Below the pieces are notes generated by a model. It searched no databases. It was not told the origin of the DNA and saw nothing but the letters and a program-made list of their open reading frames with translations. A stretch of 64,000 nt of DNA from Hypanus sabinus. Taxonomy: Eukaryota. The stretch is from NCBI RefSeq assembly GCF_030144855.1, contig NC_082731.1:29388001-29452000 (forward strand). The letters run 5' to 3'. Numbering within the stretch: the first letter of the stretch is position 1; each line of letters begins with the position of its first letter. Shown one piece after another: positions 25,173-37,627 of the stretch. The translations under genes were made by a program, and so were the position numbers.

Positions 25173-28100
25173 CTAAGTTACAGTGGCATGAGAGAGGAAC
25201 TAGCCAAAGTTGACTGGAAAGGAACACTAACAGGAAGGACGGCAGAACAGCAGTGGCTGGAGTTTATGCGAGCAGTGAGGAAGGTGCAAGAACAGATATT
25301 TTCCAAAGAAAAAGACATTTTCGAATGGAAAAAGGATGCAACTGTGGCTGACAAGAGAAGTCAAAGCCAAAGTAAAAGCAAAGCAGAGGGCATACAAGGA
25401 AGCAAAACTTAGTGGGAAGTCAAAGAATTGGGAAGTTTTTAAAAGCTTACGAAAGGGAACTAAGAAGGTCATTAAGAGGGAAAAGATGAACTATGAAAGG
25501 AAGCGAGCAAATAATATCAAAGAGGAGACTAAAAGCTTTTTCAGGAAAATAAAGAGTAAAAGACAGCTGAGAGTAGATATAGGACCGATGGAAAATGGTG
25601 CTGGAGAAATTGTAATGAGAGATAAGGAGAAGGCGGAGGAACTGAACGAGTAATTTGCATCAGTCTTCACTGAGGAAGACTTCAGCAATATACCAGACAT
25701 TCAATGGTGACAGTGAAGAGAAATATGTGCAGTTACAATTACAACAGAGAAAGTACTCAGGAAGCTGAATAATGTAAGGATAGATAAATCTCCTGGACCA
25801 GATGGAATGCCCTCTCGCGTTCTGAAGGAGTAGCAGTGGAGATTGTGGAGGCATTAGCAATGATCTTTCAAAAGCTGATAGATTCTGGCCTGGGTCCAGA
25901 GGACTGGAAGATTGCAAATGTCACTCCGCTATTTAAGAAGGGAGCAAGGAAGCAAAAAGGAAATTATAGACCTGTTAGCTTGACATCGGTGGTTGGGAAG
26001 TTGTTGGAGTCGATTGTCAAGGATGAAGTTACAGAGTAGCTGGAAACATATAACAATATAGGCAGAACTCAGCATGGTTTCCTTGAAGGAAAATCCTGCC
26101 TGACAAACCTAGTGCAATTTTTTGAGGAAATAACAAGTAAGCTAGACAAGGGAGATGTAGTGGATGTTGTGTATTTGGATTCTCAGAAGCCTTTGACAAG
26201 GTGCCGCACATGAGGCTGCTAAACAAGATAAGAGCCCATGGAATTACAGGAAAGTCTCATACGTGGATAGACTGTTGGTTGATTGGCAGGAAACAGAGAG
26301 TGGGAAAGAAGGGATCCCATTCTGGTTGGCTGCCGGTTACCAGTGGTGTTCCGCAGGGGTCCGTGTTGGGGCCGCTTCTTTTTCCGTTGTATATCAACAA
26401 TTTGGATTATGGAATAGATGGCTTTGTGGCTAAGTTTGCTGATGATACAAAGATTGGTGGAGGGGCCGGTGTGTTGAGGAAACAGAGAGTCTGCAGAGTG
26501 CCTTGGATAGATTGGGGGAATGGGCAAAGAAGTGGCAAATGAATTACAATAACAGAAAATATACGGTCATGCACTTTGGTAGAAGAAATAAATGGGCAGA
26601 CTATTATTTAAATGTGGAGAGAATTCAAAGTTCTGAGATGCAACGGGACTTGGGAGTTCTCATGCAGGATACCCTTAAGGTTAACCTCCAGGTTGAGTCG
26701 GTGGTGAAGAAGGTGAATGCAATGTTGGCATTCATTTCTAGGGGAATAGAGTATAGGAGCAGGGATGTGATGTTGAGGCTCTATAAGGCACTGGTGAGCC
26801 CTCACTTGGAACACTGTGTGCAGTTTTGGGCTCCTTATTTAAGAAAAGATGTGCATTCGTTGGAGAGGGTTCAGAGAAGATTCACTAGAATGATTCCGGG
26901 AATGAGAGGGATAACATATGAGGAACGTTTGACCACTCTTGGACTGTACTCCTTGGAGTTTAAAAGAATGAGTGGGGACCTCAGAAGCATTTCGAATGTT
27001 GAAAGGCATGGACAGAGTGGATGTGGCAAAGTTGTTTCCCATGGTGGGGGAGTCTAGTACGAGAGGACATGACTTGAGGATTGCAGGGCACCCATAAAGG
27101 CCTTTATTCTTTCTCTAATGTTCGGAGATTGATGAACATTATATATTCCTCATTATCTAAGCAACCTCAATGTGTTATCTCTCTTGATGCAGAAAAGGCA
27201 TTTGATAGAGTTGAGTGGCCATATTTGTTTAAAGTATTAGAAAAATTTGATTTTGGTAATGATTTCAATAGATGGATTCAAATGATTTATAAGAATCCTT
27301 TTGCCATAGTCATTACTAATAGCTGCCAGTCTTCTTTTTTCTCACTTTCTCGTGGCACTAGACAGGAATGCCCACGAAGTTCTTTATTATTTAATCTTGA
27401 CTTGGAGCCTTTAGCTCTAACATTATGTGAAGCTAAAAATATTCATGGTATCTCTATGAATGGAACCATACCTAAGATTTCTCTTTATGCAGATGATCTT
27501 TTGGTTTTTATTTCAAATCTTGAGGAATCAATTCCTAATCTTTTGGGAACACTTAAAGATTTTGGTAAGTTTTCAGGATATAAACTTAACTTGAATAAAA
27601 GTGAATTGTTTCCATTAAGTGTTCATGTTAGTACATATAATGATATTTCTTTTAGAATTGTTAATATATTTAGATATTTAGGTATTATAATTACTAAAAA
27701 ATATAAAGATCTCTATGAAGTGAATATAGTTCCTTTAATGGACTCCATGAAACAATTATTTTCTAGATGGAATCCATTTACTTTTTCTTTAATAGGCCAT
27801 ATTCATGCTGTGAAAATGATGATTTTACCTCGATTTTTATATATTTTCCAAAATATACCTATCTTTTTACATAAAAAAAACTTTTGATCAAATTGACGCT
27901 CTTATTTCTTCTTTTATTTGGAACAATAAGAGACCTGGAATTAATAAGTATCATTTACAAATATTTAAAAAAGATGGTGGACTTGCAGTTCCTAATTTAA
28001 GACTGTATTTATTATTGGGCTGTGAATATTAGACAATTATGTTTTTGGTTATATTGGCTTGATAAGAGCCAAAAACCATTATGGGTTGATTTGGAATTAA

Positions 28101-28395
28101 AAGCTGTTAAATAATTTAATTTAACTTCAATTTTAGGAGCTCCATTGCCTTTGCAGCTCTTTAAAATTCCAAATTTAAATTTCTATCTGGTTATTAAACA
28201 ATCCCTACGGATTTCGGTTCAGTTCCATAATTCTTTTTATCTCAAACAATTTAAGTTATCTAGATTTTATATTGAAACTTTTTATTTAAACCTTCAACAA
28301 CTGACCCCATTTTTCTTTTATGGAAAAATAAAGGAATTCATTCTTTTTCAGATCTATTTTGTGATGGTCGATTGATGACTTTTGAGGAGTTAATT

Positions 28396-29066
28396 TGTGC
28401 TGACTTTACGACAGTTATTTAGTTTATAATATTTTCGCTTAGTAATTCATTCGATAGTGTTTTCCAGTTAGAATTAGAAGTGTTCAAAGTATATTCATTG
28501 AATGTAAAATATATCGGCATGCAATGACGTCACACCCGGTTTCGCCAAGTCTTGTGGGAAAATACCGGTTTGGAATTAATGCGAGGGTGGGGGCTCACCA
28601 CGAGGCACACCTGAGCAGAAGTTGTTTTGCAGGCATTAGAAATCACAGTGAGAGCAACGCTGTAAGTTAATAGATAATCGATATATTGAACTAAGATGTT
28701 AATGCCGATCCTGTTAGAAGTAACGACGGTCGATAATGTTTATGCTTTCGTTAGTTAAAGAGTTGCGGATAGTTTGCATGGAAGTGTATTTAAAGTAGTC
28801 AATGGAGCAGGTAAACTCTCCCTGTATACTGCACCTTAGTGTAATGTAGTTAGAGTCACCTTTACAGGTATTTACAATTGAAATGTAATATTAAGGAAGG
28901 AACAAATACTGTATCAATCTTGTATTGTTTTATCAACAGTTTTCACCATATGTTAATGTGAAGAGTGAACAGTAAATAGTTATTCTTACTGCGATCTGGT
29001 CTCATTGACTGGTTTATCTCGACGTTGAATTCGGCGTTATTAGTACAGGCGAAGGAGAACGTTACA
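28396..29066. repeat. Solo LTR 1 (671 bp), TSD TAATT
   Basis: TG...CA termini; TAATT at 28391-28395 and 29067-29071; the L1 frame is restored on removal (EELINTFSL). Confidence 0.85.
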
Positions 29067-29297
29067 TAATTAATACATTTTCTCTCGCTCTTACACATTT
29101 TTTGCAATATTTTCAGATTAGACATTTTATACACGAATATTTACCTACGTTTCCATATTTACAAGAATCTGATTTGTTGGATACCATTTTGAAATTGAAT
29201 CCCTTAGTGAAAGGTTCCATTAGCAGAATTTATAATTTATTTTTGTTACAAAAAGAGAACCTATCACTAAAGATTAAACAAGATTGGGAGAGAGAAC

Positions 29298-29971
29298 TAT
29301 GTTGTCTTTACAACAGTTATTTAGTTTATAATATTTTCGCTTAGTAATTCATTTGTTAGTATTTTCTAGTTAGAATTAGAAGTGTTTAAAGTATATTCAT
29401 TGCATGTAAAATATATCGGCATGCGCTGACGTCACATCCGCTTCGCCGCGTCTTGTGGGAAAATACCGGTTTGAGATCGACGCGAGGGTGGGGGCTCGCC
29501 ACGAGGCACACCTGAGCAGAAGTTGTTTTGCAGGCATTAGAAATCACAGTGAGAGCAACGCTGTAAGTTAATAGATAATCGATATATTGAACTAAGATGT
29601 TAACGCCGATCCTGTTAAAAGTAACGACGGTCGATAATGTTTATGTTTTCGTTAGTTAAAGAGTTGCGGATAGTTTGCATTGAAGTGTATTTAAAGTAGT
29701 CAATGGCGCAGGTAAACTCTGCCTGTATACTGCACCTTAGTGTAATGTAGTTATAGTCACCTTTACAAGTATTTACAATTGAAATGTGATATTAAGAAAG
29801 GAACAAATACTGTATCAATCTTGTATTGTTTTATCAACAGTTTTCACCATATGTTAATGTGAAGAGTGAACAGTAAATGGTTAATCTTACTGCGATCTGG
29901 TTTTCATTGACTGTGGTTTATCTCGACGTTGAATTCGGCGTTATTAGTTACACCCGAAGGAGAACGTTACA
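29298..29971. repeat. Solo LTR 2, same family, TSD AGAAC
   Basis: Colinear with solo LTR 1; first dinucleotide is TA; AGAAC at 29293-29297 and 29972-29976; the L1 frame is restored on removal (WERELNMTF). Confidence 0.85.
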
Positions 29972-30990
29972 AGAACTTAATATGACCTTTGTTAATGAAG
30001 ATTGGCTTCGAGTTCTGAAAAACATAAATTCTTCTTCTGTATGTGCCAACCATTGTTTAATTCAATTTAAAATTGTACACCGTTAGTACCTAACAAAGGA
30101 GAGACAATCTAAAATATTTCCTAGAATAGATAACTATTGTGATAGATGTAAAACTGAAGTAGCTACTTTGTCACATATGTTCTGGTCATGTTCTTCATGA
30201 AAAAAGTTTCAGAAATCTTTATTTTCTAGAATCTCTAAAGCTCTGAAAATTAATTTACAACCTAATAGATTAACTGTTCTATTTGGAATAGTTCTGCATC
30301 ATATTCAGGGTATCTCATCTTCAGATCAACATGTAATTGCATTTGTTACACTGCTGGCAAGAACTATTTTATTAAAATGGAAAGATATTTCTTCCCCTAC
30401 ATTAATTGCATGGTTTTCTCAGGTGATGTTATGTCTTAGATTGGAAAAACTTAGTAGAACTTCTGATCCTCGATTTGGTTTTGAGAGAAGATGGGGTTCT
30501 TTTGCCAAATATTATCATTTAATTTGAATCAAGATATATGGTTTCCTTCCAATTTTATTTTTAATATAAATATTAAATGCTGGTTCTGACTCTTTTTTAA
30601 TATATATATATATATATATTTAGATGATGGTCAAACGTATTGCTCCAGGGGGGTTGATTCCTAATGGGTTTTTTTTTATAGCTAGTGGGGTTTTTTTCTT
30701 AGTTAGATGGGCTTCTTTTTTCCTTTCTTTTTTTCTATATATAATTTTTTTCCTTTTTTATATTTCAAGATCAGTTTTTTTTCTTCTCTTCAGCTTTATT
30801 AATTGTTATTAATATTCTAAATTCTAAAAATGAAAACAAATGACTTCTCTCCAAGATTCCTTTACTCCTTCACTCTCAGCCTCTTGCTTCGATTTAAATA
30901 AAAGAACAATAAATAAATAAATCAGTTACAGTATAAGTATATTGAAGAGATTAAAAATTATTCAAAAACAGAAATAATATATGTTTTAAA

Positions 30991-31860
30991 AGTGAGGGTT
31001 GCTCATGGGTTCAATGTCTATTTAGGAATCGATTGGCAGAGGGGCAGAAGCTGTTCCTGAATCACTGAGTGTGTGCCTTCAGGTTTCTGTACCTCCTATT
31101 TGACTGTAATGGGTGCTGGGGGTCCTTAATAATGTACGCTGCCTTTCTGAGATACCTCTCTTTGAAGATGTCCTGGGTACTAAGTAGGCTAGTACCCAAT
31201 ATAGAGCCAACTAAATTTACGACCCTCTGCAGCTTCTTTCGGTCCTGTGGATTAGCCATCCACCACCACGCCCCCGTCCCCAACGTCAGACAGTGTGGCA
31301 GCCTGTCAGAATGCTCTCCTTGGTACATCTATAGAAGTTTTTGAGTATTTATGTCGATGTTTCAAACTCCTGATGAGTTTGCATCGATATGTTGGGAGCA
31401 GGTTAGGTGCTCAGAGATCTTGACACCAAGGAACTTGAAATGGCTCACTGTCTCCAATTCTGATTCCTCTTTGAGGATTGGTATGTGCTCCTTGATCTTA
31501 CCCTTCTGGAAATCCACAATCAGCTCTTTCATCTTACTCATATTGAGTGCCAGGTTGTTGTTGTGACACCACTCCACAAGTTAGTATATCTCGCTCCTGT
31601 ACACCCTCTCATCTCCATCTGAGATTCCACCAACAATGGTTGGATCATCAGCAAATTTATAAGCAGCATTTGAGCTATACCTGGCCATACAGTCATAGGT
31701 ATAGAGAGAGAGAAGCAGTGGGCTAAGCACACACCCCTGACGTGCACCAGTGTTGATCATCAGCAAGGAGGAGTTATTATCACCAATTGTGGTCTTCCTG
31801 ACCAGAGCATCCAACTGTAGAGTGAGGTACAAAGGCCCAGGTACTGTAACTAATCTGTGA
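30991..31860 (-). mobile_element. Rex1/Babar LINE 3' fragment
   Basis: NTGARQGCVLSPLL, YKFADD and WCHNNNLALN motifs. Confidence 0.78.
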
Positions 31861-33640
31861 GTTACTGCCCACTGCGAGAGTTGAGCCATCCCATGCTTGT
31901 CACTGTCTTGGATGGTCACCCACTAAGTTCCAGGCAGATCCAGTGGATCTGCAGATGAGGATAGCGGATCATGTGGAAGACATTAGTTTCCACATTATTG
32001 ATTCCCCACTTGTAACCCTGATTCTCCAGTACCCTTGGTTATCCCAGCATAATCCTCCATGGACTGGAGGGAGGGGAGAACCATTGAAACAGAACTTTGG
32101 TTTCACATTCCTCACACAAACATTATCTGTTCCTTTTACTACCCTAATTCGAGTACCAAATCTCCTCCCGGCACGGCCTCTCAATTGCTTAGTCCAGTCA
32201 TTGTACGAGGGTTTGTTTGTGGCATGGCATTCGAAGACACCGACAGTCCCATGAAAAATTACCAAAATGGGGGCAGCTGTCAGTGCAAAATAACCCAAGA
32301 CCTTTTGGTGACCCAGCCCTGCCCTCCTGGATGGCCAAACTGATTCCAGACAATGGGGCTGTATGAGCCCCGACACTATCGAGTCTGGATCTCACAGGAA
32401 TTAGAGAGAGGGAATCTGTCATTCAAGAGAGGACTAAAGAAATGCCCGAACTTTCTGGGGAACTTGCAGCAAACCTTAAGGAACACAGCTACCATCTCTC
32501 GAGTAACTGAAAGACTCCATTATGCCCAGCCTTGAAGCCTATTTCCAGGAAGGAAAGAACCCTCTGTAATGCCTTGCTGCCATTGCCTGAGGATTCAGAT
32601 GGGAATTGGGACTCAGATTCGGCTCGTTTCCATGAATGAGCTTTGTGAGACTAGGGAGCGGACTCTGAGGTCAGTTGAATCATCCCGGTGCCTAAAAATC
32701 CTCAGGATTCATCTTCGAAAGAGAGTCCAAGGAGACAGCACACCCAAACCTGTTGAAAGCAATTCCATCTGCAAGGACATGGAGGAGGTCTTCAGCAAGG
32801 GAAAGGCCTTTACTCTTCTGAAACACCGACCCCACAACAGTGCAATATCTGCTGCCTGGTACTTGTCCCTTGCAGGGTTCATTAAACATACCCTTGAGCC
32901 CAGAGAAAAGTGTAGTGGAAGAATATATCAAGGAGACTCTTGCCACAGGCCTGATACGGCCCTCCACCTCACTCACTGGCACAGGCTTCTGCTTCATACA
33001 AAAAAAAGGATGGGAGCCTGTGGCCTTGCATTGATTATAGAGGATTAAACTGCATAATAGCCAAAGTCGCTACCTACTGCCTTTCATGGACTTCAAGATG
33101 CTCCAAGAGTGAGAGTATTCACAAATCTGGAACAATGGAGTGCGTACCATCTGGTACATATAAGAGAATGTGATGAGTGGAAGACTGCATTCAATACACC
33201 GATGGGGCACTAAGAGTACCTGGTTATGCCCTTCAGCCTCGTGAATGCTCCAGTCATTATGCATATTCTTAATAAGCATTCCTTCATCTACATTGATGAT
33301 ATTCTCATCTTTTCAAAGTCCATGGAGAAGAACAACGTTAACATCAGGGACATTTTAAAGAGGCTTCTAGAGCATGGAGTTGATGTTCTGTTGGAGAAGT
33401 TTGAGTTTCACGTGACGACTATTTCATTCTTGACGTTCATCATCTCCAATGGCAATCTCAAGGTGGAGCCTACCAAGACGTGCCAAGAACCAGGCAGTCA
33501 GAGACTGGCCACCACCATCGTGCATCAACCAAATCCAATGTTTCTTGGGGTTAGAAAATTTCTACCAGAAGTTCATAAGCAACTCCAGTCGGTGCAGGTC
33601 TGCTAATGTTGCTCTAACTCTTTGCAGTGCGGATAGCTGG
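31861..33640 (+). mobile_element. Sushi-like Gypsy pol fragment (protease end, long linker, RT)
   Basis: LILQYPWLSQHNP, DWREGR and IYIDDILIFS motifs; linker homologous to 5600-5990. Confidence 0.8.
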
Positions 33641-33699
33641 TGCAGCCCCTTTAAGGATTCAGGACAGTCCCGCAAATTGGTAATCATGTTAGATATATC

Positions 33700-34505
33700 A
33701 ATATTACAGTGGAGTAAAGGAAGTTACAAAGGCATGAGAGAGGAGTTGATCGTCAGAATTGATTGGAAAAGAACACTGGCAGGGATGATGGCAGAGCAGC
33801 AATAGCTGGAAACAATTCAGAAGGCACAGAATAAAAACATCCCTGAAAGGAAAAGGTATTCTAAAGGCAATATGACACAGCCATGGCTAACAAGGGAAGT
33901 CAAGGCCAACATAAAGCTAAAGGGAGGGCATATACCTGAGCAGAAATTGGGTCAAGGATTAGCAAGCTTTTAAGAAACAACAGAAGGCAACTAAAAAAGT
34001 CAGTGAGAAGGAAAAGCTGGAATATGAAAGTAAGCTCGCCAATAATATTAATTATTATTATAGTAGTTTCTTCAGATACATGAAGTGTAAAAGAGAGCTG
34101 AGAGGCCATATCAGACCACTGGAAAAGGATGTTGGAAAGGCAGTAATGAGGGCCAATAAAATGGCAGATGAACTGAATAAAAATATTTCATCAGTCTTCA
34201 CTGTGGAAGACATGAGCAGTATGGTAGAAGTTCCAGATGTCAAGGGCCACGAAGTTTGTGAAGCTACCATTACTAGAGAGAAGATTCTTGAGGAACTGAA
34301 AGGTCTGAAGGTAGATAAGTGACCTGGACCAGATGGTGTACACCCCAGGGTCCTGAAAGAGGTGGCTAAATTGAATATAGAGGAACTAATAATGATCTTT
34401 CAAGAATCATTAAATTCTGGAATGGTTCTAGAAGAGTGGAAAGTTGCATACTTCCCTTCACTCTTCAAGAAGGGAGAAAAGCTAAAGAAAATAAATTATT
34501 ACCCA
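33700..34505 (+). mobile_element. CR1 ORF2 fragment
   Basis: ELKGLKVDK and LFKKG motifs; parallels 5991-6480. Confidence 0.78.
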
Positions 34506-36844
34506 GTTTGTCATAGGTGGATAATGGTAACTAATGCATGTGTGTTGAGTGGGGTAGATATTCGTAATCTAGATGAATTGTTGATTCCACTTTTAAGTAC
34601 TGTTACTGTGGTAGGTAAAGTTACAATTATGGAGCAGAGATCTGATAAAATGGCAGGCAGAGACTTTGTTTTAGTTCAGATTAGTGCTGACGTAATGACA
34701 GTAGAACTGCCTGGTACTGTTGGGGCCCCAGGAGAGTGGGGTGGGGTGTGTACTGTCCATACTTTCCGGGGGAGGACAGTGTAGGTGAGCAGGCCAAAGC
34801 ACAAGTCGTGTCTCCCGTAGCTGGGGAGGAGACTTCAGAGACAGGGTTCTCTGATTTCTGTTTTGGGAGGTGAAGGAGTGGTCTGATTTGGAATGTCTAA
34901 TGAGTCCCTGTCCCCCAGGGAAGTGTGAGAATTCTGAGTTAGTATCCGCCCTTACCTCTCTGGCGAATAAATGGAAAAATGCCCAGGTCCAAAGTCCCAG
35001 CTATGGTAGGCTCCACCTACTCTCAGGAACGAAGCCCACCCGAAAGGGGAAGAGAAGTATGAGACTTGGGCGAGTCAGACCTCTCAGTTGTTAGATGAGT
35101 GGCAGTGCTCTGATGACGTAAAACGACAGCGATTGTTTGAAAGTTTGAGGGGCGGGCAGCTGACATTGAGAGAGCTTACATGCTGGAAGCTGTCTTTTGC
35201 ACTGACGAGTTTGACATGGGTTGTTCCAAGAGTACTCGTCACAGTAGCTGAGTGACTGAGGACACCCCGTTCAGAGAAAGGTCGCAGCAACTGGCCCCTG
35301 CAGAGGTGGAAGATGTTCGGCAACATCTGTGGAAGTTGAAGGAAGCTGGGATCATCACCGAGTCCAGAAGACCCAACGTGTTCCCAATAGTAGTGGCCAG
35401 AAAGAAGAATGTGACATATGGCTGTGTGTGGACTATAGGACCCTGAACAGGTGTACCGTCCCTGACCAGTATACGGTCCCAAGGATCGAAGATGTGCTGG
35501 CCTGTCTGAGTGGTGCTAAGTGGTTCAGTGTGCTGGACTTAAGAAGTGGATATTACCAGATCCCCATGAGTGAGGCTGGCAAAGAGAAGATGGCATTTCT
35601 ATATCCATTGGGATTCTTCTAGTTCGAAAAGATGCCAGCAGAGATGGCTCGGGTGTGTTCTGTATCAAAGTCAGGGCACCGGGTTGAGACCTGTTGTGTT
35701 AGTCAGCCGGAGTCTGTCAGCCCCAGAGAAAAACTATCCCATGCACAATTTGGAGTTTTTGGTGTTGAAATGGGCTGTGGTGGATAAGTTGAGTGACTAC
35801 CTCTTTGGTGCCAAGTTTGAGGTGAAGACGGACAACAATCCCCTAACTTATTCCTGACCTTGGCAACATTGGGTGCCACAGGCCGTCGTTGGTTGGTGGC
35901 GTTGTCTGCCTCTGATTTCAGTCTCAAGTACCGGCTGGGAAGTAGGAATATTGATACTGATGCTTTGTTCCAACGTGCACATGAAGGGCTGGACAGGGAC
36001 GAGGAGTGGGAGAGCGTTCCTGCCCTGGGAGTGAAAGCCATGTGCCAGTTTGCCATTGCGGTGAAGGCAGATGGAAGGCAAGGGCAGGATCAAGCGGTAG
36101 ATCAATTGGGAGCTTCTGATGATGCCATTCCACAAGTTTACTGCAACCTGACCGCTCTGAAGACAAACCGGTTACTGGAATTGAGTCCTGGGGAAATGGC
36201 AGGTGCTCAGCGAGATGACCTGGGCATCGGTACCATTTGGTGAGCGGTTGAAAAGGGGGACCCGGCCCACGCGGAGAAGATGAAACACTAAGCGGTGCCT
36301 CCATTACTGAGAGAATGGCCCAGATTGGAGTTGAGGAACTGGATCCGGTACCAGGTCACGTCACCTCCAGAACGACCTCAGCGTTCCAAGCTGGTTCTGC
36401 CTGAGAAAGATCGGAGGATGGTGCTGAAGTCACTTCATGATGATTCTGGACATTTGTGGGTTGAAAAGACCTATGGATTGCTCAGAGATCAGTTTTACTG
36501 TCCCCAAATGAAGCCAGAGGTTGAAGAAAACTGCAATTCATGCATTTGATGCATACAGAGGAGACACTGCCTACGAGGGCAGCTACTTTTTCCCAATTGC
36601 AGATTGCGGGGACCCCTGACCTGGTGTGTATGGATTTCCTGTCAACAGAGCCAGATGCCAGCAACATGGCGATTGTCTTAGTCATCGCAGATCACTACAT
36701 CAGATATGTGCAGGCTTTCCCTTCCAAGGATCAGAGGGTGTCCACAGTGGCCAAAGTGTTTTGGAAAGGTTTTTCATTTATTACGGCCTCCCCAGGCGGA
36801 TACATAGTGATCAGGGATGGGATTTCGACAGGAGCTCATCCATG

Positions 36845-37627
36845 GACCAGCTGGAAAAATGGGCTGAAACGGGCAGATGGAGTTTAATACAGACAAGTGT
36901 GAGGTATTGCACTTTGGAAGGAAAAACCAAGGTAGAACATACAAGGTAAATGGTAGGGCACTGAGGGGTGCAGTAGAACAGAGGGATTTAGGAATACAGA
37001 TACAAAATTCCCTACAAGTGGCATCACAGGTAGATAGGGTAGCAAAGAGAGCTTTTGGTACATTAGCCTTTATAAATCAAAGCATTGAGTACAAGAGTTG
37101 GAATGTTATGGTGATGTTGTATAACACAATGCAGGAAGGATATTAATACGGTTGAAAGAGTGCAGAGAAGGATTACAAGGATGTTGCCAGGACTTGAGAA
37201 ACTGAGTTACAGAGAAAAGTTGAATTGGTTAGGACTTTATTCCCTGGAGCTTGGAAGAATGAGGGGAGACTTGATAGAGATATATAAAATTATGATGGGT
37301 ACAGATAGAGTGAACGCAAGCAGGCTTTTTACAGTGAGGCTAGAGGAGAAAAAAAGCAGAGGACAGGGGTTAAGGGTGAAGGGGGAGAAGTTTAAAGGGA
37401 ACATGGGGGCAGGGGCCCATGTGGTGGCGAGTGTGGAATGAGCTGCCAGATGAAGTTGTTAATGCGGGCTCACTTTTAACATTTAAGAAAAACTTGGACA
37501 GGTACATGGATGAGAGGTGTATGGAGGGATCAGGGCCAGGTGCAGGTCAGTGGGACTAGGCAGAAAAATGGTTCGGCACAGCCAAGAAGGTCCAAAAGGC
37601 CTGTTTCTGTGCTGTAATGTTCTATGG
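36845..37627 (+). mobile_element. CR1 3' fragment nested in the Gypsy integrase
   Basis: MEFNTDKCEV ORF with tail ctatggttc; same insertion site and internal deletion as 56525-57325. Confidence 0.85.

Larger units (their letters stand above)
19104..27093 (+). mobile_element. Host CR1 ORF2 interrupted by an L1 fragment copy, the CsRn1 element and a second CR1
   Basis: Endonuclease (EPLGGSDHNMI) at 19104-19510 resumes at about 24015 (IEFTVKFEKE) and again at 25175. RT continues to 27093. Confidence 0.8.
27094..30990 (+). mobile_element. 5'-truncated AT-rich L1-clade LINE containing two solo LTRs
   Basis: SLDAEKAFDRVEW and ISLYADD motifs (ORF 27081-27887), C-terminal CDRCKTEVATLSHMFW remnant, AT-rich 3' UTR with (TA)n at about 30599-30618. 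Confidence 0.88.
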
